From Amoebophrya sp. A120 (lineage: Eukaryota > Protista > Dinoflagellata), in assembly GCA_905178155.1 (NCBI GenBank), contig CAJINV010000020.1, forward strand, positions 558,001 through 622,000: DNA of 64,000 nt, in the 5' to 3' direction. The notes beneath the pieces were generated by a model. It did not search any database and had not been told where the DNA came from. It saw nothing but the letters and a program-made list of their open reading frames with translations. The first letter of the stretch is position 1. Every line of letters begins with the position of its first letter. The translations under genes and the position numbers were made by a program. Positions 12,799 through 24,867 of the stretch are shown here, piece by piece.

Positions 12799-14693
12799 AT
12801 GGACGCGGCTTCGACCGAGCTGTGGATCGGCGTGGGTGTTGCCACAGCGGTGGTGATACGCACTGCAAAAAAATATCAGTCTGGGTCTGGAAAAGTTGTC
12901 CAGCACCATCTTATTGAGGTTTTTTGGGGACCACTACTATCTTCCCCACGTGTGACGCTGTAGACCACAGTCGCAATTTGGCTATGGCAAAATTACCCGG
13001 GATGATGATGATATTGGACGATCTTCTATGCAGCTACACAGATAATTTTCGTCTTAGCTCGAAGGACGCATGATGCGCATCTTCTTCACATCCAGACCCA
13101 GAGCACATGATTTTTTGCAGTTCATATTTCGCGGTAGTAGTTGGGTATCTTTTGTTCTTTCACGACAAGGCTGGCACTGCTCCCCTCCCTGGGAAACTTC
13201 TGCAGAGCGGAACGTTCCAGCTTCCGTTGGTAAATTTTGACGACGAAATATCCAAGAAAAAAACTGTGTAGGTGTAACTTTGTTGGAAGAGCGGCGTCAC
13301 AAATTCGCTTCGCATTACGGGGAAGACCTGTCATGGGCAGCTAATACGTGAAAACACGTATGAAAGTAGCCTAATATGTATGACGCAGACTGACCGGGCT
13401 GGCTGCATGACAAGTGTTATCAGATTTGCATTTTCTGCATCACAGGCTTACACTCGTCACACAGTTTTTTTCTTGCATACGAGAGTTTGGTCGAGGAACG
13501 GCAGCGGGATTTCATGCGCACCTGCGCGGCGCAAAAGGACTTGCACTTTCTGGTGCTGAAAAGAACAATAGAATACGGGAAAAATGAAGGGAAAGTATTA
13601 AAAACCGAGCTGAAACTGCTCGAGCTCAAGGACACGAGTTCCTTTGCCGCCTGTATGACTTCCTTGCGGGAAGCGGACTTCTTCCAGACCGAGGGCGCCA
13701 AGCTATTCCAGGAGAGCGGCGTCTACAGCTTAGTGTCTGCCACCACGCCGTTCGACTTCAGCATGAAATTTTATCAACTGTAAATATGTCTGGGTCTGGA
13801 AGGATGCAACTTGTCATGCTAAAAAGTCTGGACTGGTGTGAAAAAATCTGTGTTGCATGGTTATCAAAAGTTGTCCACTTTTGACCAATTTGCGAGGAAG
13901 CCTCTCAAACGGGCTCGGCACGACAGAGACCTCACAGAGTCTGTCATGCTTTGTCTCGCATTCCAGGCCTCATACGTCATGCAAAACCTGCTCCTGCATG
14001 ACAAGTTTACACTCTTCCAGACCCAGACATATTTGCAGTAGTTAGTTCCACCGGTGGACATAATAGCATGTTTTTAATCTCTCTCTACATAGTGCATCCA
14101 CGTAGTTCTCTTTTCTTTTCTTTCTTCAAAAAGTTCAAGTCGTTCTCTTCCCTGTGCTGTACCATGGTCTTGTTTCCAGACAAAACACCAGACATATTTG
14201 CAGTTGATAAATTTGGCGTCATACCCATGTTCCACGACCCAAAGTACGTGATCCTCTATCACGAAGACACTAAGCAGTTTCAGGTATATTTTGTAATGAA
14301 GAAAATTTTCTTTTTTTCATTTGAGATTTCACGTGGGATTCGGATTGTGAAAAAACTCATGATATGAATGTAGTGAACCTTCATGATGTAGTGAACAATT
14401 TGATTCGACTTTCGAATGCGCTACGGTTGCTTCCTTGTGACCATCAAAAAAGAAAATATTGTGTTGCAAAACTATGTAACAATTATGAAACCCAGATACT
14501 TTGGGGTGCGTGGATCAATGACAAAGCCGAGCCGGTTCCCGCCAACAAAAGATGGCCGTTTTTCGTGTGGTACGTGTCGCAGCCGCTCGGAATGAAGCCG
14601 CCAGCGGAAATCTCCTTTTCGTATGGAGCAATAAGAAATACCAAGGACAGTGTGATGAAAAACATTGAGGTGGTGTGTGCCGAGATGTTCTGA
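12799..14693 (+). CDS. Hypothetical membrane-anchored protein; three introners and one GT-AG intron (14284-14495)
   Basis: Spliced frame is open: MDAASTELWIGVGVATAV..AVVVGYLLFFHDK...NFDDE|SLVEERQ...SMKF|GVIPMF...QFQ|ILWGAW...CAEMF*. Confidence 0.7.
12857..13126. mobile_element. Introner element, family A, with decayed direct repeat
   Basis: tacgcactgcaaaa..gtctgggtctgg ... ccagacccaga..ttttttgcagttcata; flanks ggtga/tttcg; frame restored by removing element + 5 nt. Confidence 0.75.
13249..13479. mobile_element. Introner element, family E
   Basis: tatccaagaaaaaaactgtgt ... acacagtttttttcttgcata; repeat cgaaa/cgaga. Confidence 0.85.
13772..14209. mobile_element. Introner element, family A, with a second internal right end
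   Basis: tatcaactgtaaatatgtctgg ... ccagacatatttgcagttgata; direct repeat aattt; extra right-end copy at ~14015-14044. Confidence 0.85.
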
Positions 14694-15806
14694 TCGAAGA
14701 TACAAAAACAAAATGTTGAAAACAAGCAGTACGAAACGGAAAAAGAAAAACCTCGCAGTTGCCATTTTTTGAAAATGTCCCCACCAGCAAGAACTACATT
14801 GCTCGTTGTTCGAGATCTCCAAGGACGAAGTGAAGGGTTTTAAACCGAACGAAGAAAGAGTTATGCGTATGAATGAAAATTGTGGTTTTTTTTCTATATC
14901 GGGAAATAATAACTGGAAGATCTTCTCGTTCCTTGTGGACGATCTATCACTTTTTACATAAGAGAAAATGAAAAAGCAGGAGACCGTGCGTCTCTATGCC
15001 GGAGCGGTCGGCCGACGAGGACGACACCAAGGCGGGCTCATAGAACTAGTCTTCATTGAAAATAATTTGCGAGCTTCAGCTTTGTTTGTTTCAGCGAACC
15101 CTCCCCGCTCAATCAGAAGAACTAGCACCTGAAACGGAAAATAAGTCAGGACGAAGATCATTGTTTTAAAAAGCCTTTTTGTTGGGCGGGTCGTGGTCGC
15201 CTGCACGCCGGTCGTCTTCTTGTGCACGTGGTTGCTGTCTGCCGAGCAAAGCTTTTTTCACGAGGAGCTATCGGAGGTGCTGGAGCCATGAAACTAAGCT
15301 CTACTCGGGTCGACGACGACTTTTTCTTCCAGAAGTTGAGCCGCCTGCAAACGCCGGACGAGCACCAAGCGCTTGTCGTTCGGGCCTGTTACTTGGTTTC
15401 TGAGGCGGGCGCGGGTTGACACTGCTTCCCAAATTCGCGAGTCTGCTGTGTTGTAGATTGCCCACTTCCGCGCATAAGAAACTGGAATCGGAGAACACAG
15501 AACGGTGAGGGTAGAAAGACATTGCATTTCATATTCTGCGTCGGCAGGTCGTCGAGGTCGGCGTGTTGAATTTATTTTGTCGGCTCTGCTATTTTTTGGT
15601 TGCCAACGTGTGTGGTTCAGAAATTGGTCGAAGACTTATAATATACAGTGATTTCGTATATCAAAATCAAATCAGGTTCTCACGTCGGAACATTTTTAAC
15701 CAAGTATCGCCATCGAAGGATGCTGGGGAAGCGCTGCTCGCGCCAGCGGTTCCCGTGCTCACACTCAAGGTCGTGTTATGCTGACCAGGACTCTGCTCAA
15801 CAAAAA

Positions 15807-18800
15807 ATGTCGCGCGCAGCTGCGGTAGAACGGATGTTTACTAAGTTAGGAGTCGTGGTGTATATTACCGGGATACAACTTCTAGGGATCTTCATTTTAG
15901 CTCCTGAAGTACAGGCCGCACACATTTTGCTTCCCGAGGAGGAGCAGCCCGTGCAGAAGGGGAAGGTATGGGTTTGGCCCCCAATTGAGGAGATCGAACT
16001 CGGAGGGCACAATGCGACGTCGCAGCACTGCATCTGCACCAGCCCAAGGGTTCTGGAGGAAAAGGAGCGGCAGGTCCAGGCCATGTTGCAACGACGAAGC
16101 GCCCGGCGAGGCAGAGCGCTCGTCCGAACAACCGAAGAACGGCTAGTTCCCGCCGCGAGGACAAGGACCGCTAGTACACCCTCTGCAAGAAAAATACCAA
16201 GTGGCGCAGCAGCTGCTAGTGCTGGACATGATATGGTGCCAAGTGGGCGACCAAGTGGGGACGAGACCATTAACAAAGAGCATTGCTGTCCGTCTCCTGG
16301 TCGCACCGGTGTTACTGGGGATGTTGAACAGCAAGAAGTAGAAAGAGGCTTTGGCGGAATTTCTTCAGGTGGTCAACATGATCGCGCTGGCACTGAACAG
16401 AATTTCACACGACCGGCCCGCCACGACAACTCCTTGCTGCGTCAGATAATTCCTATTCCTCCGAGAACTACAGCGGAGAACGAGAACCACACTGAGGATC
16501 CTCTATTTCGAGCGAATAAACCCAGCGAACATTTACACATCATTTCTCCGCGCCGGGGCGGCCGGGGACATCAACAAACTGCCGGGGTTGTAGCAGGAGC
16601 ACCAGCAGGTCTCCTGCATGGGGCGCAGAACTACGACCACACTCCGCGGCCGGAGTCCGTATCAGAGGGAAGACCGAACCTGAAAAAAAGTAGCATTCTG
16701 TCGCTCGAGCACCGCGGCTTTGGATCCTTTGGTCCTGCTACTTCATCCTCTCAGCACCTTTTTGAACAAACAAAGGACCACGGTTTCTTCGGTGACACTA
16801 CTGCTGCTCCCAGCACGGCGCTACCCAGTTGCGTCCTGTCCAGTGCTTGTGATCATGCCTTAAGTGAGTGCAAGCGGCGACGTACTTCGGATGCGGACGC
16901 GGGGGCGGGCGCCGCAGCTGGTGGCACTACAGCCGCGACATCGCAGGCAGCGTTTGGATCCTCCACTACTTCGGCCGCCGCTGGGGTCGCTCCGCCGATT
17001 CACTTCTGTCTTGGTGAGCACGTCGGGGACCACAACACGGGTCATGTTCTGTTGCACCAGCACATGCACAGAGGTGCTGCTGGTCCACCCCGTGGAACAA
17101 CTCAATCATGCTCCACATCCACAATGTCGGCTCTGGGACACGAAATGCACCATATGCACCTATTTCGGGGCTGCTCTAGTGCCTCTCATAATTCCCTTCG
17201 AAACGAATCCAATGCGATGTCACGCGACCTGTTCGGACTTAGTAGCACCGATCCAGCACCCGGCGTTCACCTAGCTCTACAGCCGGCGGATGAGATTCAG
17301 AATAGTGCGCTGCAGCTTCGTACTCCATCACAACAGCATCAGCACCAGCAACGTCCGGTCGCAACTTCCACTACTGTACCAATACCACCAGCTGCGGAGC
17401 GGGGGCACCAGTCTGCTGAGGATCATTTGCAACTACAAGATCTGTCCGAGGAACAGGAGCGTCGCCTGCTCGCGCGGAGCCGGTCACCGCTTGGGCAGCC
17501 AAATGATAATCATGCTTCACAGAGCACTAGAGAGCAAAAGTCTTTTCTCAATACCGGGGCTATTATTCATCATGATCTTCTTCCACAGAGTTCCTCAGAA
17601 AAGGTAGGGCCGCCACACCACCACGCGCCGGATGATCATCATCGCGCTGGCCACGAAGCAAGAGCTGCAGCGGCACCAGAGAAGAACTACAACTACCCGC
17701 CGAAAGGTGAACATGCAGCTTATGCTGACGCAGCTTCCGAAGTTGTAGATGAGCAATCGCAGGCAGACGTAGAGATGTTACCGGCGGCCGCGTCTTCACC
17801 TGAACAGATTCCTGGGGTGGAGGTTCAGGACGAGCCACAAGGACGGGAGGCGCTTGCTGCGAGTACGAACAAGGATCATGGGTGCCACTTGATTTCATCT
17901 CTGCGCCGCGCCGATTATTGCGCCCTCAACATCGCTAGCGCTTCTTCTGGACACCCACCGATGTTGGCTCACCCCGGCTTCCTGATTTCATGCAAAAAAA
18001 ATCGTGGTAAAAATGTTAATGATCGTGGTGACAAGGTCGATGATCTGTCGTGCCAGCAGGGACAACATAATTTTCGTGCGCAGTCATTCCCTGTCGAGGT
18101 CGAGCAGGACGCGGATGTTGATCTTGAAGCTCTCCGAGCTGTGTGTGCGGCAGCTGCACTTACTAGAAGTAAATTGACGGACCGCGGCAAGATGAATGCC
18201 ACGACGGAGGAAGGTCCTCCTGCTCGACCACGTTATTCGCGACCTATCAAATGTAAAAATGTCTGGGTCTGGAAGATTGCAACTTGTTATGCTAAATCTG
18301 AAGCATGCAAAAATCTGTTTTGCATGCTTGGGTTACCCGGTCGGCAGAGCCGATCCACAACGAACGAATGCTTACCAAAAGCTGTCCACTTTTGACCTAC
18401 TCGAGAGGCAGTTTCTCATGCAGGGTAGGCATGATGGAACTCGCACAGAATCTGTCATGCTATGTCCTACATGCCAGACCTTATATATGGGTCATGGAAC
18501 ACCTGCATGACAAGTCTGGCACTCTTCCAGACCCAGACATTTTTACATTTGATACGACCAGAGGAAGTACAAGTAGAATGGGCCGCGAACAAGCAACTCT
18601 GGCTGAATTCGTGGCAGTTTTTGGATCAGCAGATGGATGCGAGAGCGGCCCGCCACTTTCCCACGAAGGACGACCACAGCCATAACATCAGGCCGCTGTA
18701 TAAGCTGCTCCGCTTCGGCCCCCAGCTGGTGCTTGGGGCCACCGCGTTGCCCGACAACGTACTGGCCCGGGAGGCCAAGGCGGAGATGCGGCGGGGGCTA

Positions 18801-21716
18801 CATCGAGCCTTCCCCGCGCCGGGGCGGGAGCCGCTACATCTGCAAAACCACGTCGCGAAAATCGCCGCGAACCCCCCGGCAGCCGGGCTGGTCGCCTGCG
18901 CCGAAGGGTACGCGCACCGGTTCCGCGACGCAGACAACCTGTTTCAGCGCAAGGAAGGCGACCAGGACATCAGCCATCATTCGATCTTATATTCAGCAAT
19001 CGGGCCGCAGCGGCACGGTTGGGTGATGCTGTGGAAAGATGGATTGCAGCGGATGCATGTGGTCGAGCCTAAAGACCCCGTTCGCGACGTGGGCCCGCTC
19101 GCCTGTCCACGAACTTTGTGGAGGTGTCCACCGCCCCGCAGCCGTTTATTCGCGACGAAAATTGAGAGTCGTGATGATGAGCTTGTGAGGATGATGAACC
19201 GAGGACAGAATGGCACCACGACTGGTGCGCCGCCCCCCACGTCGTCGACCCCGATGGGGAGGTCTTCATCAAATGAATGCCGCGAGGACCAGCACGAGGA
19301 CATCGCGTCCGCATGTCGCGGAGATCATGATGCAACATCCCCGGAGACCACCACCATGTTCGAAACTTTTTCTCTGCTGGAGATCCTGAAGACGGTGAGC
19401 ATGCTCGTGGTCCAAACGGCCTCCGCGCGCGTTGCGTCGCTGCACCGCGAATACGCCTTTTTCGACCGGCTGGCTTTCACAGATCTCGATGCGGACGAGC
19501 ATGAGGGAGATCATCTTCATGCAGGAGGTAGCTGTTCTTGTGCGGACGACGAGGAGGAAGATCAGGAGCATCATTCGGCGCGACCGCCTCATTATACCGC
19601 ATGCGCAAGTAGGAGCAGAGAGACCGAAACGCGAGGCACAGGAGACGTCGCGCGACAGAAGCCCCCGAGTAGATGCACGAAGAGGACCACTGCACAGGGG
19701 GAAGAGCAAAAATTTTCGGGACAAGAAGCAGCGGCAGCCGTTGTAAATGAAGGCGAGGATGATCATGAAGATGATCATGACGTGCCAACAACACCCATGT
19801 CACCCGCGGAGCTGAATTTTTTCGGATCACGCAGTAGTAGCTTCAACCAGGCTGCGCAGGGCTCGTCTGCCGCCGCGTCGCCTGTTCAACAACATAACGC
19901 GTGCTGTAGTGAACAACAAGGACCACCAGCACCGGCGCACACAGAAGGCACAAGAGCAACTGCAGGACCAGACTTTTTATCCTATGGACCCGTCCGCGGA
20001 ACTACAACTACTGGCGCAACAGCGGAGGAAATGAACTACAAGCAAGGGAACAACATCAAGAAGGTGTTCGACTTTAGCAAGAATTATGATCATAGCATGT
20101 CACAACTAGAAAGCAAGATACCACTCGAACTCGGAGCTTCCTCGAAAACGACCACTGTTCCGGGGATCCAGCCAGGCTTTGGAGCGGGCGGAATGAAAAA
20201 TAATAATAATGACAAACGCGATCGCGAGGACCACGACATTTCGGCCCAGCACCAGGACATCACTGTGGTCCTCTCCTGTGCGGGACACGATCAGGAAGAT
20301 GTGGCAATGGTCGTGAGAAACAAAAATGAGAACAACAGCATAGCTGACAGTGGTCCAGGCGGAGCGGGACAAATAAAAGGAATGCAATTGCCGCTTGATC
20401 TTCATCAAGGCGAAGGTGCAGCAGCTGCAACGACTATGTACAGCGACACGGCCTTTCTTTCCGCCTCGAGCTACTACTCGCCGCTCAATTTCAACGCCTC
20501 AACCTCGCCGCATTTCGCGACTTTATTAAACTTGAATCAGCAAAACGCAAATTCTACACGCAGAGAAGCAGTGGAACATGTTGACGGCGCGCCGCTTTTG
20601 ATGAGACGACCGGAGCATGCGGCCGAATTGGTCCTGCCGCGGCCGCCTTCGACGTCGGTGCCTGTTGGTCGAAGCACACGAGAAATAGACAGGGACGAAA
20701 GAAAAATTCCGATTGAGACGGGGGACGAGGTCATGAAGATCTTGTCAGTGGAGAAGAAAGGTTGCACTTCGACTTCTACTTGTTCTGGTGGCCCAGCAGG
20801 AGCTGTTCTTTCAGGCACATCTTCAAAAGCGTCTTCTTGTCCCGCCACTGGTACTACAGCTGAATTACAATCGAGTGAAAGAACTTCCGCCGCGAGAACG
20901 GGGACCTCTTCTAGTCATCAACATGAACAAAAGCAACCCACGACTTCCAAGCAGAAGAAAAAATGCAACCAGAAGAAGTTCCTGACGCTGGAGAAACTGT
21001 TATCGGACGTGCTCGCGCCGCACTGCGCGGATAGAAATAGTATTAACTATCGCGCGGCGCCCTGGGAGGAGGTAGCGACCCCGTTTGAAAAGTTGGGTTC
21101 CGAGGACTTCCTTCTGAAGAAACAGCCGCTCCCGGAAGACGGCCCGCTGTCGCCCGAGCAAATCAAAGCATTGCACGAAGCCGGGCAGACGAACGCGAAA
21201 GTACCGCCTCACCTGAGGAAAATTGTAATACCAGTGATACCTCCGAAGGAGCCGGGGCTGGAGCTGCAGCAGGAAGGCGCTCAGCAGGACGAGGAGAACT
21301 ACGACATGGATGTCGAGCCGCATGACCTTTTTTCTGCTAGTGAAAGAGGTGGTTCACAAGCAGCAGATGAAGAACCGCGTGTCGTGCGGGGCGACGAGCC
21401 CGTAAGTGATCGTAAAGAACCCCAGCAAGGCGAAGTAAGTAGAGAACAAAATCAAGTAACACCCCCTTCTCCTCCACAGGACGATAGCTACGGTCTCCTG
21501 TCTCTCCTCGCGACCCTGCTTGTGTGCCCTGCTGCTGACCACGTGCAAGAAGACCATGATGAGTCTTTATTTACAAGCTCCCCCTCGAGCGGGAGGACGA
21601 CAGAAGCCGATCGTGCTGCTCCTTTGAAGAATAAAAAGAAGAACAAGAAGAACATCAGCCCCAGGTTCCAGTTAGTGCAGATTGAACAGGAACGGACGCG
21701 CACGGTACGAAACTGA
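15807..21716 (+). CDS. Large (~1860 aa) low-complexity protein with signal peptide/N-terminal TM; exons 15807-18244, 18560-21716
   Basis: Two long ORFs joined in frame (YSRP|EEVQ) after removing introner 18245-18554. Hydrophobic N-terminus LGVVVYITGIQLLGIFILA. No family recognised. Confidence 0.75.
18245..18554. mobile_element. Introner element, family A
   Basis: Perfect TIR tatcaaatgtaaaaatgtctgggtctggaaga ... tcttccagacccagacatttttacatttgata; direct repeat cgacc. Confidence 0.93.
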
Positions 21717-22009
21717 AAAGTTGTAGTGTCCCACCTACTTCCCCAGAAATGCTTGGAACGTGGTAGACGCGCACTTCCAGAATGCCCGCTGTTGCAGTCG
21801 TGCCTTGTTTATTTTGCATAAGATCTACTTACCCAAATCTTTGCTATTTTGCTGCACTGTGAATTTGATGTGTCCCTGGTGCTGGCATACGCATACGCAA
21901 GATGGGACGTCGTGTACTAGCTTCCTTTCGGGCAACATCAAAGCTTTGCGCTACACATGCAGCTTCCAAGTTTGTTTCGGGTAAGTAGTTTTCCTCTCGA
22001 AAAGCGGAG

Positions 22010-23489
22010 TTGCAGAATCGCATCGAGGATGACGGATTTCCTGAAGACTACCCAAGGTCGCCCGGGCAGGTGCACCTGCAGGCCGAGAATTACCGGCGGG
22101 AGGTCATTCTTCCGTCGGAGGTCAACTGTCAGAAAATTGTGGCCAAGCCGTGTCGGTGCCCCTGGGAAGAGAAGCAGTTCAATGCGCTGTGCCGAGAGTT
22201 AGAGGAGGAACTACTAATAAAAAAGCTTCAAGAATTATGTCGGGAGCAGAGCAACAAGGGGTATGCGAAAAATGTCAATGAACATTCTTTTTGTTCTCAG
22301 CATCATCAAGAAAATCACTATCATCGTAGTACAACAACCATCAACCTAAGAATCCCCACCGTCGACCACACGACGAGAAGAACACAGCAAGCTACAGTGC
22401 CTCCAAGTGGACGATCACGTCGACAAGAGAATCCAGCCTTAATTCCAACGTACTCCTTTGACGCCCCACCGTCGCAGCAGGTGCAGTACTGCAGGGACAA
22501 GGGCCGGTGTGTGCGTACGCGCTTGGACCGAGCCCGGGGGGATTTCGTGCAGGAGATGTTCGCGGTGCACCCGAAATTCCTGGTATGAGAGTACAAAACC
22601 CCCCTGCTCCCCCTCGTCATTTGTCATGCAAAACCCCAAAAAATAAAAATCTAACTCTAAGACTAAGTGCATCCCTGTGGCACTGTTTATTGCATGACAG
22701 ATTCCGGAAGTAGCCAAAACAGTACGACACTCGGCGCATGAATTTGTCATGCATCCTCGGCTCCACGTGTACTGTACAGGTGTTTGTATTGCTGTTCATG
22801 CAAAATGTAGTAAATAACAAATGAGGGAAAAGGGGAGTTGTGCACTCTCATACCTGGGGAAGGGCATCTCGCTGGAGTACACCACTTACATCTTCGAGGA
22901 TATGGAGGTGTCAGAATCGAAATTGACAAAATCAAAAAATTTGTGATGCACAAAATCGACACCAGTTGGAGCCTCAGTTTGTAAGTGGCGCATGACAAAT
23001 TTCGGGAGCACCCAAATCCCGTCTGTCATGCTGTTTGGGCAAAGAACGCTGCTCCTGTCATGCTACTCGCGCAGCCCATTGCATACCCCTAAACAGGCTT
23101 CCAATCGGTCTCATTTGCCTGCTCCCCAACACAGGCCTTACGTGCCCTACATTTTATGCATCACAAATCATTTTGATTTTGTCGATTTCGATCCTGACAC
23201 ATCCATAGAGGAAAATAAAGACTCGTTTGAAAGTATTTTCCCCGGCGCAACCCCCCTGGAGCGGGAGAGCCGGAGCAGAACGTTTCAAGCCACGACACGA
23301 AAGCCGAACCGGCCGCGGTTGCAGATCGAGGTTACCTTACGGACCGAGCACGGGTCGCAGGCCCAATCCGTCCCGATCGTACGCAAGGATAACCCGAAAA
23401 AAACCGTGCTCAACCGACACAGCAGCGGGGTGCGAGTCCGGATAAAGGCAATTGGGGCGGAGATCGCGTTTGTGGACCTGCATTTGTGA
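22010..23489 (+). CDS. Hypothetical protein with two introners; start uncertain
   Basis: Spliced frame ...VHPKFLG|KGISLEYTTYIFEE|NKDSFESIF...FVDLHL*. Confidence 0.6.
22584..22852. mobile_element. Introner element, family C
   Basis: tatgagagtacaaaacccc ... ggggagttgtgcactctcata; direct repeat cctgg. Confidence 0.88.
22901..23207. mobile_element. Introner element, family D
   Basis: tatggaggtgtcagaatcgaaattgacaaaatc ... gattttgtcgatttcgatcctgacacatccata; direct repeat gagga. Confidence 0.92.
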
Positions 23490-24867
23490 TGAAAATGTAG
23501 TTGTAGCTGTAAGTGGTTGTAGAAACGAGCTCTCGTCGTAGTTGCGGATGCGGACCGTGTGCTGCGTGGAACAGGCTGGTGCTGCCCTGTATCGTTCTCA
23601 CCGGGGAGTTGAACAAACGTATGAATCCGAAAAAAAATCTTAATCGTTTTTTACAAAAAACTGAATCTACTTTGTCTTTGTCTTGTATCACATCTTCACC
23701 TTCAACTGTTAAACTATCTGAAATGGAATGTATACACATCTTCAGAGCTGCAAAAAGAAAAAGAATTCCTAGAGACTACAAATTTTTGTATACTACGGCC
23801 GCTCGTTGCCATCGGATTGCATCGAGAGTCTAATGAGTAATCAGCGGCTAATTTTAATGGCAATGTTTCTGTACACTAGCAGCAATGTAGTTGCATTGTA
23901 TTAATTTGTAGCACGCAAAAACGAAAGATGACACGACGCTATGAATTGATGTTGGCTGCGTGTTGCAGTGAAAATTCGAATGTAGGGGATATCTCGGTAG
24001 AGTAAAGTTGGAGCTGGGGGCGGAAAGGAAAACTGCCGCTCAATGGAAAAAACGCGATAAGAAAAGCACGAGCTGCGACGTGTAGACCGCAACTCTTGTT
24101 GCTCTTCTATCCTCATAACCGAAAGCATAAGCTGCATTCTCTCCATGTCTTCATCTTCTATCGGTGTTAGATTCTCTATTTCGGTTATTAGAACGCTGTG
24201 CCATTTTTTCGATGTGGACCGAGGGTAGTTACGCAATCGAGAGGACAAAGGTGAAACGGAATCGCATGTGTGAAAAGCTTACGATATTAAAATCATGATT
24301 TGTGGTTGAATGGTCACATGTTGATTGGTCAAGTATTCATGAAGCTTGTTATAGCCCTGTTTGTACGCTGTTATTGTGTTATTGTTTCGCTGTCGTCACC
24401 TTCCTAGGATTAAACTGAATTCTCCAGCTAGCTGCGGCCCCTCATTATTTTCGCGCACCCCTCTCTCTGTACTCGAATAATTTGAAACTGCTACTGTAGC
24501 AGCGCAGCTTATTTGCATCGCGGTTTCTCTTCTACTGAGCTGCTTGGTGTTACCACTGTACTATTATACTTTTTCCACCTGCGATTTGCATTTGACTATG
24601 CCGCGCCACACTCACTCCGCTCGTTGCTTTGATAATTCTCTGTTGCAAGAACAGCTGCACGTGCTCACCCGCAACATCGCTCCGCAAGTTCGGGTCAACA
24701 TGTCGTTTTCCCTATCTGGTTCCCGGAGCTCTTCGCCGAACTGCGAAAGCATTTACATCGAGCACGGGACGAACGAGGAGCCATTGAGATTACCAAGGAA
24801 TCTAGCAGCTTCTTCGAGCTTCTTTCCAGGACGTCAAAGAGCAGCCCCTGCGGGGAGTTCGTGATCG

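Noticed and set aside
15222-15419. Short ORF upstream of the large secreted protein
   Set aside because: Too short, no motif, and no clear splice link to neighbouring genes.
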